DNA of 64,000 bases from Vicugna vicugna (lineage: Eukaryota). Both the position numbers and the translations under genes were made by a program. Location of the stretch: assembly GCA_013265495.1 (NCBI GenBank), contig MU058793.1, positions 126,001-190,000 of the forward strand, given 5' to 3'. Positions within the stretch are counted from its first letter, which is position 1; each line of letters begins with the position of its first letter. Below, piece by piece: positions 37,526 through 51,159 of the stretch. The notes under the pieces are model-generated. The model made no database searches. It saw only the letters and a list, made by a program, of their open reading frames with translations, and was not told the DNA's origin.

Positions 37526-37965
37526 CTCCCAAGCCAGTCAGAGCACCCTCATTTTTCCTTTGCCACATACTCACTTTTGCAACTTCCTTGGAAGGCGAGC
37601 ATCATGGTGTGGCCTAAGTCTACCTAACGAGTTGAAAAAGGAAGTCTTCCAGGGTCATCCAGGAAGGATTTTCCTTCCGAGAATTAAAGAACAATATAGA
37701 GAAGAGGCCCTTTGCCACTTCCTCTTTGTCTCCTGCCTTAGGGGTTTTTCTATGAAGACAGGATGCTTAGGGCTGTCACGGCCATCTTTCAATACACTGA
37801 CTCTCTGAAGTTGTCAGAAAGAAAGTATCAAAGAAGACTGAGTCCTTTGGGACATTATTGAGCACCGGTAAGGACCGCTTCAAGATTTACTATAAAGCAA
37901 ACAATAAGTAATTTCACCAACTTAAGTCATCTTTAGCCAGGTTTAGATGGTATTCCTAACCTTTC
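37526..37965 (+). mobile_element. Old MaLR LTR (MLT1J-like); 5' part at ~36085-36195, split by Charlie1
   Basis: 'ctaataaaaccctgattttatttgg...ctaag'[Charlie]'ccaagccagtca...gggctgtcacggccatctt...gagtcctttgggacattattgagc'. Confidence 0.55.
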
Positions 37966-39994
37966 CTCCTAGGGACATTGTGATAATTAAATGAGATTAT
38001 ACAAGAAAGGTGCCTGACTCATAGTTAGCGCTCAGTAAGTGCTAATATTATTATAGACTTGTTGTGAAGATCAAATAAAGTAACGTGTGTAAAGTGTTTA
38101 GCCAAGATCTCACTTGCACAAAAAACTGTCAGTGAGAAATCTTTCTCAATGACATTCACGTGCGTACACTGGCACTCAGATCGTCTTGTTTTTCTTTTCC
38201 CGGTGGAAATGGGTTGGGTAACTAGATAGTTTAACTGTTATTACTGTAGCAAGGAAGAAATCAATGTTTCTTAATGGCAAAATAGAACTTCTAAGGAATT
38301 CACATTAAATTTTATTTGCAGTTGTCATATTCCAAAAGGCAAGAAGCTTCTAAACAAGGCAATTATCTATAATTTCAGTGAACATGCAATTGTTTTTCTA
38401 TCTGTAACACTGTTATTTTGAGGCGTCACTAGGCACTTAGCTTACATGCACAGATAGATGCTAACCACAGGAAAATCTAGAATACAAACTAACACTCAGA
38501 AATCTGAAATAATTATAAGAGTATTTTCAGGCACCCAAAAATAATAGAGGGAGAAGAAAAATACAAACAGCAGGAACCCAGATTATTATTAGTTCAAGTG
38601 GGAAAAAAAATGGGTGTTAACTGAAATCAGACTCTAGAGTCAGGAATAATGTCGCTGCCTCCCCAAACCTATGACTGTATCCTAAAGCTCTACTGATAAA
38701 GATACAGTATCTAGAGGAACGGATTTAGACATCTTAGTTTACATTATTCAGACTATGCCTGAAATGCTGTGCTCTGTTGTGTACCCTCTTCATACATAGA
38801 AATTTTACTAACTCAAGGATATTTAGGTCCATGCCATTTGCACTTTTCTAGGAGAGCTCAACCCAGGTCCAGTGTGCTAAAGGCACAACTATGTCTAACT
38901 TGGATTTAGCCAGACATGCATTTGAAAGCTGGCTCTGCCATTCACTAGCAGCATGACCACAACCCTCTCTTCAATCAATACACAACTTTGGGCTCAGTTT
39001 TAGGAGTTTCATTCTCACTCCCCCATCTGCCTCAATTTCATCCAAAGACCTTCTATGCTAAGAGCTTGTCCATTTACCCTCCCAGACAGACTGGCCAGAA
39101 GCTACCCATATAAGGATATTTTTCCATTATTTTGATTTCCCATTGGTACCCCTGTATGGAATGATAAATAAAAGGAATACGGGCTAGGAGACTGGGATCC
39201 ACTCTGCAGCCAGTTTGATAGAAGCCCCCATAAAAGAAAAAGTAAATATAGGTAGTTATCCAGATAAGTAAAAGGGGGTTGGGGCACTGGGACCAATTAT
39301 CAGGAAGGAAAAGGAGATCGCAGGGTGGGCTACCTAGTTCTAGGCCTGGCAGTGGATTCTGGGGTTCAACAATAGAAAGACCTTAGCAGAGTTGCCACCA
39401 GGAGCAACACAGCAGGAGCAAAATCTTTAAAGTTAGAAATTCATCTGCCACCTACAAGGCCTGAGCATATAATCTAACTGATTTGAGCTTCAGTTGCTGT
39501 ATCTATAAAATGGAAAAATATTACAGGGTTCCCAAAAGGACTCAGTGGATTCACATTTGTCTAAGTGCTTGGCACACTCCCCTGGAATTATTAGGTATTA
39601 TATTTATTATCATTATTATTTTCTATGAAAGATACTTGTAGAGACTGATGATGCTCAGCCTGGAAAAGTGGTGGGTGGGGCTGAAGGGTCATGGTAGTTG
39701 CCTTTAAATATATGCAGAGCCACCACACAGAAGGAAGATTCATCTTTCATGTAACAGTCTCATAACTAGTTCTAGGAACAAAACCAGAAGCAGTGGATAA
39801 AAGCCACAAGAAGGGAGATTTTTAGATAGTAAAGGTAAATGATTTTTTATAACAAAGGACTATCTTGAGACTCAGAGATTTTCCATTCTCAGAGAGTTTC
39901 CATTCTGGTGTGTTGATACAGAAGCTGGCCTACATCTGGAATATTAGAAAAAGGTTATACTAGACCACAGTAGCAATTTATATTATTTGGCAGG

Positions 39995-40242
39995 CAGTTT
40001 ACAAGAACAGTCAAGATCACAGGCAGCCTGGCTTGATTCAAATCCTAGCCTCATCACTGAATACCTGTGTAACCTTGGGCAAAATACTTAACTCTCTGAG
40101 CCTCAATTATCAACCAATTAAATTGAAGCCAATACTTGCACCTACCTCCGAGGAAAATGGAGAACAATCAGTGAGCTAATGCACCTAAGCAGTTTAATAG
40201 GGTGTCAAGCACATATGAGGCACTCAATAAATACTAGCTATT
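39995..40242 (+). mobile_element. MIR SINE, near full length
   Basis: 'ttcaaatcctagcctcatcactgaatacctgtgtaaccttgggcaaaatacttaactctctgagcctcaatt...gcactcaataaatactagctatt'. Confidence 0.85.
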
Positions 40243-40982
40243 TTTAGCTAAAAATGGTGAAAACTTGGAATGTTTTAAAAGCACGAATATGTCATTATTC
40301 CTTAACCTCTGAAAATTGCTAAAATATTAGCAAATATATTAGTGAATACCAGTTAACCAAATATTTGGTTATAAATGGTACATCCCATTTCCTGATCATT
40401 CCTGGTTTAAAAAAAAAAAAAGAGGTGCAGTAAAGTGTACCGAACAGCTTCAATCCACAAAGTATTGTCTGTCTTATGCACTATGTCACTGTTTCTCCAA
40501 AGATAGTCACCTATGATGTATAGTAACACACAGTACTTAATGGATCAAGAGATTTGATATGGGCTTTTAGTAATAAATCCATGGTCCAGGAAGGGGGGAT
40601 TTTCTTACAACCTTTTCTCCCCAAAGAGCTGTTAATAAAAAATAACTCAGAGGATATATTTCTACTAAACCAAGATTCCTGGGACATAAACCTTTACTCG
40701 AGTCATGCTGAGCCCTTTATCCCTACTGAAAAAAGTCTGGAATGATTGATGAATCCTGCCAGGAGATTGTCACACATTTTGCCTTGCGCCATTATGTACA
40801 TTTCATACGTAGTAAACTTTAATGTGGATATCTTTCAAGCTCTACCTGGAAATGGGCAAGTGTAAAGGAGGCCTTTCAGTTTAATAGCCCTGCAATTTGA
40901 GCCCCCATTCTGTATCAACCATGAGGTCACTTAGTGGGAATGGTGACAGCCCTCCACCTCTCATCGCATCTGATCTACTCAC

Positions 40983-41093
40983 CTAAACTGAAGCCAAAGG
41001 AGCCTTGTAAACTTGTGCTCCAGGGTGGAAAGTCCAGAAAGCTGGCCTCAACAGAAATTTCCCCTGATGGATGGTTAATTTGGAAGCAGAGCC
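40983..41093 (-). other. Candidate 111-nt spliced exon
   Basis: Minus strand: ccttttcctttgaatagcgtcttctttatgtag|GGCTCTG...CAGTTTAG|gtgagt; unique sequence, length 3n. Confidence 0.35.
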
Positions 41094-42605
41094 CTACATA
41101 AAGAAGACGCTATTCAAAGGAAAAGGTGAACTTTACAGAACCAAAGTTATAGCTAGTAATTATTTCACAATTTCAATAATAATGGCATCTCATTCTGTAT
41201 CTGGAGAGGAAATTTTGAGTTGTTGTAAAATGACTGACTCATCCAGGCAAAAGAATTTTAAAAAACAGAAAAAAAAAAAGCTACTATAGGCAGTGTGAAT
41301 TTTGGAGCTTTTAGATCTAAATTAACCTAAATCAACATCTTTCTGGTATTATGAACAATTTTCTTTCTTCTTTTAGAGGGACATTCTCATACATCCATAT
41401 TTAAAGTTTATTCCAAGTATCTATAAAACTAAAAACATGTTTGTAACAGTTACTGACAAGGCAATCAGGCATCTTAATAGAGACAAGAAATAAAACTTCT
41501 CCCCTCCCTTTTCCTAGTTCACCTTGCCACATTTTTGAGAAGTGGCTAAATGCTGGCCCTAGTCTTTAAATTGCCAATCGTGTTTAGGAAACTATAACAG
41601 GTATAGGTGTTGTTAATTGGGTTCACCTTGAATAAGTCACTTGCTGCCTGGTTCAGGAGTTGGGGAGGGGCTGGATTTACATTTCCTTTAGCTGGTCCAC
41701 TAAGATGCAGTCTCAGCCCTAAAAGAGGATGCTGATCATCTAAGTCTCCAGAAGTAAAAGGCAGCTGCCAGAGATGACCTCTCTTTTTCCCGGATCCGAA
41801 TGTACAATTTTCCTCTAGGCTAAAAGAAATTGCTCCCTGGTCAGACTGGACACCCTGGAGAATCCCATCAGAAATTATTTTTGGTCCTTCAGAATTTACT
41901 CATTATCAAGGGAAAGACTTCCTTCACAAACCTGAGACCTTGAATGATTAGGAAAAGGGTATATGTTATATTTTGCCACTTTCTAAAAAATATCACTCAA
42001 CAAACCAGCTCAAGAACTTGCCCAGGGTTAAAATTATCCATCTTATGTGCATAAACTGCTCTCTTCACATCTATTACTTAACCCAAGGAAACTCATCTTT
42101 TCTTCCTTCCATGGAAAACAATCCTTAGAAGCAATAAAAAGCCCACCCTCCATGAATTCAGGAGAGGTGGGAGCCTTTGGGGAGCAGGGAAGCAGCTGTG
42201 GAAGTCAGAAGTGTCATTTGGATAACATGTCATTCGTTCTGCCCAGCTCAGTAATCTTGACAGTTAAAGGGGCAAGGCATGCTTTGCCCCATGATAAAAC
42301 GTGAAATGAATTCGTACATTTATAAATAAATGATCTGACTCTAATTGGCATTTCTAAGCCCTCTCTGGATAGTAGCTTTCTTGTTAACAAGCTGCAGCAT
42401 TTGACACTGGTGATATAGGAGCCTCAGAAGAGAAACTGCAAGTCTATTTCTAAACTCTTATTTAGCAATAGACTCTGAAAACTCTGGCACCTCTGGACTG
42501 ACAAACAAAGAAGTTAACAATAAAAGCTTCTGAGCACAGCTAAAGCTGAGAATAAGAACCAAAACATTTGCAAGGAATAAAAAAGTGATTTTTAAAGGAT
42601 GCACA

Positions 42606-42691
42606 TCTTTGGAGAAGTAACTGATTATAGGACTGGGGTAGGAGGTATACAAGATGATCTTGGAGCATCTCATAATAGCAGAAAGTAAGGA

Positions 42692-42753
<62 letters not shown>

Positions 42754-43641
42754 TAAAAAGCCAAAAAAATCCACATTGATGTGGGCATGTGAAAGGGACA
42801 AAAAAGTGAACTAGAAGAGCTCTCAATGGCCAGTGCTGGAACACCTTGGGCAGCAATACAAATAAAAGTAGTATTCAATTATAACTCAAAGTATAATATA
42901 AATATCCATAAGTTTATATGGATATAAATAATTGAGAAAATATAAATAAGTTATAAATTTCTTGTTCAGAGGAACTGCAAATACCTTATGTAATTACTCC
43001 TACCTCAAGGAGGTGGAACATAACTCCCCAGTCCTTAAGAGTGGACTGTGCATAGTAACTTCCTTCCAAAGCACACAGTAGAGAAAGAGGGGGAAAGAGT
43101 CAGTTTACAGTGGAGACACCTAACAAACACTTCCTCAGCCAGGTGATCAGGTCAGCAGCAACAGTGACAAATCAGGTTAATAGTGCATATCCTTGATGAA
43201 AATGGCACTTACTTTTGTGGTCTTTCTCCCCTAAACTCATAACTCTGATATAATCATGGGGAGAACATCAGACAAATTTCAGTCGTGGGATAGTCTAAAA
43301 AATGTCTGACCAGTACTCCTCCAAATTGTCCAGGTCATCTAAAACTGAGAAAGTGTCACAGCCATGAGGAAACTGAAGGGACATGGAAAGTAAATGCAAT
43401 GTGGTATCCTAGATAAAATACTGGAACAGAAAAAGGACATTAGGTAAAACTAAGGAATCTATGGACTTTAGTTAATAACAATGTGCCAATATTGGTTTAT
43501 TAATTTTAACAAATGTACCATATTGATGTAAGATATTAATAACAGAGTGACTAAATACAGGTATATAGGAACTCTCTGTACTATCTTCTCAATTTTTCTG
43601 TAAATCTAAAACTGTTCTAACAAATAAACTCATTTTTTAAG
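42606..43641 (+). mobile_element. L1MC3/4-like 3'UTR, 5'-truncated
   Basis: 'ctggaacagaaaaaggacattagg...ggaactctctgtactatcttctcaatttttctgtaaatctaaaactgttctaa'; perfect 12-bp TSD aaaggatgcaca (42594-42605, 43642-43653). Confidence 0.9.
42692..42750. repeat. (AAT)n microsatellite
   Basis: About 19 perfect units; source of the poly-Ile and poly-Tyr ORFs. Confidence 0.95.
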
Positions 43642-46600
43642 AAAGGATGCACAGACAAATATGTGAATAAGATTTAGGGTTTACTTACATGAGCAACTAC
43701 AAAATGGATTGTAGAACCAATTGAGTATTTCCAGTCTTTTTAGTACCTGAACTGTATCTCTGAAAGTCAACCCAGTTGCCATCCAATTAATTAGAAAATA
43801 GCTCTAGATTTCACATAGACCCACCTCCATCTCGGTCCTTGAGCATGAAGGATACTAAAAGGTGGTGGTACTTTGCCGAGAATGCCTTTCCTCTTTGTGA
43901 ATATTGCATGGACCTACACCTCATGTTACAAATGTCTACTACTGAGCAAACCTATTCGTTATTCAACTCCTTACCAAATACTCACTGACACCTTTGTGTT
44001 GCAGGAACTATTCTAAGTAATTAGACACAGCTAGCTGAGAACAAGACAGACAATCTCTCATGGACCTTACATGCAGGGGTGAGGGTGGGAAATAAGCAAC
44101 AAGCAAGTCAATTTCCAGTTACTCCCACCAGTCAATAACTACCAAACCTTTACAGATGCACCTTCCACCAGCTTCCAAGCTTTCTAAATTTCCTACTCTA
44201 CGATTCTGTTTCTTGACTTTAATGTCTGAGATCTTTTGCTCTCTCTGTAGGCAGCTTAAGGAGAGAAAATTTCTTCTGACAGCAAACTAAAGCAAGAAGG
44301 GCCTGTTGAATTCATAATTCAACATCCTTATTTTTACAGATAAAGAAAGTGAAGCTTGGTGGCATTAGATAACCTACATAGCCAGGAAATGGGACCCTAA
44401 AACTAATAGTTTCCAATTTAGGGCTCCTTCTGTGAATCCCAGAGCACTCACTGTAATGTTGTATAATCTATAGATTCTTGAAAAAGGTTTCTCACTCTGA
44501 TATTCCGTATAAATATCCAGATAGCTATTCCATCTCTAAAGACCTCCAGGGAAACATATCAGCTTCTGCTCTACCTAGGCATTCAAGTATTGTGCAGTTG
44601 ACACCCCAGAGAAATCTGACTCTTCTCTGCCTGTTAGCAAAGCAGAGAAGAGAGTGAACAAAGAAAGGATAAGAATAAGACAGAAAATTTTCAGAGTATG
44701 AAAGAAGTATCCTGGATTTTTTCCTTTAAAATATTGTGACATCATATCCATGGCAGATGTTATTTTTCCCCATGATTGCCAGTAATCTAATTATTTCAGC
44801 ATGTTTTACAGCAGCAAGCAAATGTAGCACCTAACGAGAAGAAATACTGTGACACACTTCAAAAAATATTACCCTGTGATGCTTTAATCAATTATAGCAC
44901 TGATGGCTGCTACAGTTGGCAGGGCCCTGGAACCTCTGACCTCCCGGCCCCTGTTAATACCTGATGCTATTTTATCTGAGAATCTAATTTGGGTTTGGGA
45001 GTAATTAAAATGCATGAAACTGAGTCCACTATTAACCCCAGGTCCTCCCTTCTGGATCCCGAATCTCTTATGAAAACCTCTCCACTGCAACAAAATGTCA
45101 ATAGCTGTTTTGGATATTTGGATGTGTATGGATTAAGCAACAGAAAGAAGAGGTATAATATTCCAGAATCCCATTTCAGGGGTGGAGATGCAGAAAAGGC
45201 TAGTCAGCTAATAACTATGTGATGAGAAAAATACCTTTCTAGAAAAATATCTTTACCTCTTTCTCAAAAATGAAAATTGTGAAGGAAATGAGTAATTAAC
45301 TTAAGCAATTTCTAAATAACACGTTTTGTAGACATTAAAGTGATAATGGTGAAGACTATGAAGTGAAATTAAAGATACAAATTATATATAGGATAGTCAA
45401 CCATACTAAAAAAGAAGACTAGAAGGAAATATACCTCACACAATAGTGATTCAATCAGGGTGTCAGGATTTTTTTTCCACTTTTTAAACTATCTTCTAAT
45501 TGTCATTTCCCACTATAACAAACAACAAAACCTTAAAAAGCATTTTTAAAACGTCAAAAAAGATAATAACAAAGTCTAAGGAGATGATCCCAGCCTCTCA
45601 GGTTCCTTTTTTGTTTCCTTTCTCCCTCAATGCACCAGAAGAATCTGGTCTCACTGCCACCTCCCCTCTTTCATTCTGTTGGTTAAGAGGAGAACCTGTC
45701 ATAAATCTGGCACTACTTGAGATGATCAGCATCTATCCTCTGTGTTCCATCCTTGGGACTTACATAGAAGATAAAGCTGTTGCTCCCCTTCCTGTTTGCG
45801 ACCAGATTGCTGAGTGGCTTTGCTTAGCACTCCTTTCCCGAGGCACTTATTGCATGAGTGATATCCATGATGGAGCCTATAAATTCATATGGCAAATCGA
45901 GGAAATGTTTCCTCGCAAAGCTTTAAGAGGCAATATTAATTAAATATGTCTTTTCACATGGGATCATATATCTATTGCTGAAGTAATTAAGAATGAAGAC
46001 ATAAACTCATTAGATGTGTACTGTAAAGATGAAAATGCTCAGAAATTATTGACTGTTCATATTTACCACCTCTAGCCACTTCAAGAAAATGCAATCAGCT
46101 AAGATGTGATGTATCAGAGGTTTGAGTGAGAATAAAGATAAGTATATTCCTTTATTCTATGAGCAAATTCTAACTAGCCAATTCAGGAAGTCCTCTAAGA
46201 AAGGCATTTTGCTTTTTTAAACTAAGTGACTATGTCTGACTTTTCTATTTCTCATTCGGTTTTCACAAATATTAAAACCTATTTCTTCTTCAGCATCATT
46301 TGTTGTTTCAAGGACTAAGGAAAATAGCCATCAATACACTAACATTTCAGGCCGATCCACAATATCACAACGTATAGCAGAGGGACTACTTATGAAATTC
46401 ACCTTCAGTGACTCACTTTGGAAGATATTCAGAAACCAAGATAGAGCCTGCATGTGCTGGGCCCTTGTGCATTTCCTTATCACATCTGAATAATGGAAAC
46501 ATTCTTTTTAGATCATATCACTGAGTTTACCTTTGAGATTTGATCTCCAGAAAGTAATGGTTTTAACTTTAGTGTCCTAGAGGCCCAAATATTTTTGGGT

Positions 46601-47739
46601 GATGAGAATAAAGTGTCTTGAGGTTCTTTCCTACTATGTCTTTAATTCTCCTTTTCATACAATGAAAGGGTATTATTGCTTCTTTTAGACTAGCAATAAT
46701 AAGTTTGGATTACTGAAAGAGTCTATGGAATGTTCAAAACAATGAAGTTAAACATTTTAAAAGACCATATCAAGATAGTGTTACTTTTTACTATAAGCCT
46801 TGTGAAGTCTATTCAACTCTTGAAACTATGTCTTTGAATTATTTGATTAAATGAAATCTAAAAAAAGAGAGAGAGAATTAGGTATCTACGTATTGCCTTA
46901 CAAGTTTAATAATAGTCATCAAAATACCTGAGATACAAACCATAAATCAAAACTTCCAAACTAATAGAGGAAATCAAAGAGAATAAATAAAATTCTATCA
47001 ATCTATAAGACATATGAAAAGAAAAAAAAAAGCTAAGAAAAAGCATGGCAAACTTAAAACCAAAGGTAGACAATAAAAATACAATTTTTTCAAATTCAAT
47101 GACATTAATTCAAGGAAATGTCAGATTGGATAAACAATAAAAACCAAACTGTCTTCTGCTTAGAGACATCAAACTAAGGGAAAATGATTTAGAAAGGTTG
47201 AGAATAAAGGAATGGTAAAAGAAAAACAATTATAAACAACACTAAAAGCTTGTATAGTGACAATATTATTATAACAAAATAGTATTTAAAGCAAGGGATA
47301 CTAATAAATATAAAGGATATTACACAATAAAATAACCATAAACAACCATTGCATAAAGAGAAATAACCATCAAGAAGATATTAAAATCTTATGCATCTTA
47401 AAAACATAAAACAAAAGATGGTTTAATTTCATAAGGTGGGAGATTTTAACACACTTCTTTTGGAAACTAATAGATCAAAATGACCAAAATCAAGGGTATA
47501 GGGAGATATGACTAATATAATTAATAAGATTTATTATTAGTGGCATAGTTTCTACTTCAAATAACTTTATAAGGTCATCTCAATTGATACATTTATAAAT
47601 AGATCTATCTATACACCTAAGAAGGAAAAACAAAATCTTTGGAAGAAGCAATATATATATGTCATATATAGTTAAAATGCAATTGTATATAAAACACCTG
47701 GAAACACCTGGAAGTAATATGTATATATTTTATCATTAA

Positions 47740-47900
47740 AATGCAATTTCCTTAATCCATCATTTATTTAGGGAGAGCATTTTAGTTTTGTGTATATATA
47801 ATATATTATGCACATTATTTATGTATATTATTATGCATATTATATATACATGTAACTAAAATACCCACCTAAATAAACCATGGATTAAGGAAATTACATT
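47740..47900. repeat. Imperfect inverted repeat, ~65-bp arms, 32-bp spacer
   Basis: 47740-47804 vs reverse complement of 47837-47900: about 55/65 identical by hand alignment. Confidence 0.9.
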
Positions 47901-47969
47901 GCAATTCTAGAATATTTCAAACAAATGACAATTATAAATAGTATATATGAAAAACTTATGGGAGATATA

Positions 47970-48854
47970 TAATACATATACCCTGCAATGGACTTATAAA
48001 AAGAATATATAAAGAACTATAAATCAAAAAGGAAAAGGAAAACAATGGAATAGAAAAAAGAATAAAACACTTCAACAGGCACCTCACAAAATATGATATC
48101 TACATGGTCATTACAATTATGAAAGCATATTTGATTTCATCATAGAAATGCACATTAAAACCACAGCTAGATAAGATCACACACCCACAATTCCTAAAAG
48201 GAAAAAGACAGAAAATAACAACTGTTGGCAAGAACTGACTTAAAACTCTATTACACTGTTAGAGGGAAAAGTAACTGACATAAGAACTTTGGAAAATTAT
48301 ATGACAGTACTGACTAAAGCTGAACATTTGCATACTCTGGGACCAAATAATTCTCCTCCCAGACAATACAAAACAGAAATGCATACACATGTTCATTAAA
48401 AGAAATATACAGAATTTTCATGGTAACTATTAACCAAAAACTGGAAACTAACGAAATGCCTGTCAACAGGAGAATGGATAAACAATGGAATTCTAGACAA
48501 CCACAAGAAAGAACAATTTTCAACACTGCACAAGAACATGGATGAATCTCACAAACAAAATATTTAACAAAAGAAGCCAGTTACATAAGACTACATGATC
48601 TATGATCCCATTTACCTGAAGCTAAATAACAAGCCAACCCAGTCAATGCTTTTAGAAATCAGGATACTAATTATTCTTGAGTGGGTAGTGATTAGAAGAG
48701 TGTTCAAGGGGGCTTCTAGAGTGCAAGATACATCATGTAATCCAAATACTTGTTACACATGTACGTTGAATTACTGAAAATTCATAGAGTGCTGTATATT
48801 ACTTGTACACTTCTGTCTTTATTCACATTATACATCTGCAAAAGTTTGATTTTT
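47970..48854 (+). mobile_element. L1ME-like ORF2 end and 3'UTR
   Basis: 'gaaatgcacattaaaaccacagctagat...actaaagctgaacatttgcatactct...acatggatgaatctcacaaac'. Confidence 0.75.
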
Positions 48855-48939
48855 AAAATTGTGGGATGCAGCTAAGATACTACTTAGAGACAAAAGTGTG
48901 CCCTTTAAATGCCTGCATCAAAAAATAAGAAAAATAAAA

Positions 48940-49354
48940 GTTAGTAATTAAATTGTATCCTCAAGGAAATATGTTCAAGTTTTAATCCCTGGTACCTGTG
49001 AATGTGGCCTTATTTGAAAAAAAGGTCTTTGCAAGATGTAATCAAATTAAGATATAGTCTTACTGGAGTAGAGTAGACCCTACATACATTGTAACTGGTG
49101 TGCTTACCAGAAAATAAGACAGAGACAGGAAGAAGGCCATGTGAAGGTAGAGGCAGAGATTGGAATGATGCCATCACAAACCAAGAAACAATTAGGGCTA
49201 CCAGAAGCTGGATGAGGCAAAAATGGGTCCTTTCCTAGAGAACATGATCCTTGATCTTGAACTTCGAGCTTCTTGAACAAGAAGAAAATAAAAGTTTTTT
49301 TAAAGACACCCAGATTGCAATACTTTATTACGGCAGCCCTACGAAACTAATACA
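48940..49354 (+). mobile_element. MLT1C-like MaLR LTR
   Basis: 'aatccctggtacctgtgaatgtggccttatttgaaaaaaaggtctttgca...ggcagccctacgaaactaataca'. Confidence 0.85.
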
Positions 49355-49679
49355 GCAATGAATTTACTAAATTTGGAAGCTAGAAGAGAAACTAAAAATA
49401 AATTAAAAGGAAGTATAAGTTAAAATAATAAAATAAAGTTAATAAATAGTAAAATAAATAATAATAAGGTTAATAGTAGGTAATAAATGAGAGAAGACCA
49501 ATCAAACGAAAGGAATAGAAACAATATCAAAAGCAAAAGCTGAATCTGTTAGCGCAAGGACATAAATTTAAAAACAACTTATAAACTGATTAAGAAAAGA
49601 GAAAAGCCACTCACACCATTAGAAATGAAAAACTACCAAACCACAGATATAATAGACTTTTAACTATTTTAAAATATTT

Positions 49680-50016
49680 TTAATTTTTATTTCATAATAA
49701 TTTCAGGATTTCTAAAAATTTGAAATATTATGCAGGGTTCTGATATAACCTTCACCCAAGTTTCTTTAAATGTTAATATCTTGTCCAATGTTAACATAAT
49801 ACAATGATCCTAAACAGAAAATTAACATTCGTACAATATTATTAACTAATCTACAGACCTAGTTTAAATTTCACCAGTTGTCTAATATCCTTTATCTGGA
49901 CCACAATCTAATCCAGGTTCATAACAAGGCAGTTTGTTGTCATATCTCCTTAGTACTTCCACTCTGAGACAGTTCCAGTCTCCTTTCTCTTTTATGACTG
50001 TGATCCTTTAAAGAAC

Positions 50017-50066
<50 letters not shown>

Positions 50067-50850
50067 CGCACATATATATATATATATGTGTATATATATA
50101 TATTCCTTAAATAGGGTTTACCTTATATGTTCTCACAATTAAACTCAGGTTATGCATTTTTAGCAACAAAACCGCAGAAGTGATGTCGTGTCCTTATCAG
50201 TGTAATATATCAGGAGTATGTAATATCAATATGGCTCATACTAGTGATGTTAACTATAATCACGTGGTTAAGATAGTGTAAAGTCACTTAAAGTCACCTT
50301 TGTCCCTTTGTAATTAACGAATATCTTGTGGGGAAATACACTGAGGCAATTCAAATATCCAGCTTAGTGTAATAATTTTCCTCACTAATTTCAGTATCCA
50401 CTGATAATTCTTGTCTGCAATAACTATTATTGTGGTGTTTGTAAAATGGTGATTTTTCTGTTTCATCCTTAATTCTACCTTTATTAATTGAAATCCTCCT
50501 TAAGGAAAAGCTGTCCTTTCTCCATTCATTTCTTTAAACAATTATTCAGTTATTTGTTCCTATCAGTATGGACTCACAGGTGTTTGTTAATTCTATGAAT
50601 TATCCAGTACTACCATTATTATCTATATTGTTCATCTAATTATCGAAGATACGGCCTTTTGGAGCTCATAGATGAGTTTCTGTGTATTTTTTAAATAATA
50701 CCATTATGTTTCAGCACTTTCTTACTTTAGGACATCACAAGACGTTTTAGGTTAACCTTATATTTTGCTGACCTTAACTTGGGAATCAGCATTTCTCCAT
50801 CAAGGCCCAGCTACATTTATTGGAAAATAGACTTAGTAACCAAGATGTTA
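49680..50850 (-). mobile_element. L1MC4/5-like 3'UTR
   Basis: 'aaattaacattcgtacaatattattaactaatctacagacc...aatttcaccagttgtc'. Confidence 0.75.
50017..50103. repeat. (CA)n(TA)n compound microsatellite
   Basis: Direct reading; unbroken purine-pyrimidine alternation. Confidence 0.95.
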
Positions 50851-51159
50851 AAATTAATAAAGACCATGATTGACTTTAACTTAGATGAAACCGATAATAT
50901 TTTAGTGGGGGAAGCAGTCGAAATTGACTTGAGAAGATATCTAAATAAACTAGTTGTCATTAAATAATTTTAATCTAATGGGAAAAAGAAATCTCTCCCC
51001 TACAAAGACACCAGGCCCAGACTTTTTATATTCATTTTTCTATGAACAACAAAAAGATAACTCCTGAGTTTTACAGTTTTAGTTTCATAGACTAGCAATA
51101 AGGGGGCAAAGCATCCCTAAATAATGTTTTTCTTTTCATTCAATCATTTATTCGCTCAT

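Noticed and set aside
42458..42878. Poly-Ile and poly-Tyr proteins
   Set aside because: Translations of the (AAT)n microsatellite.
45500..45943. 147-aa plus-strand ORF
   Set aside because: Non-ATG start, no known similarity, no clear splice structure on this strand.
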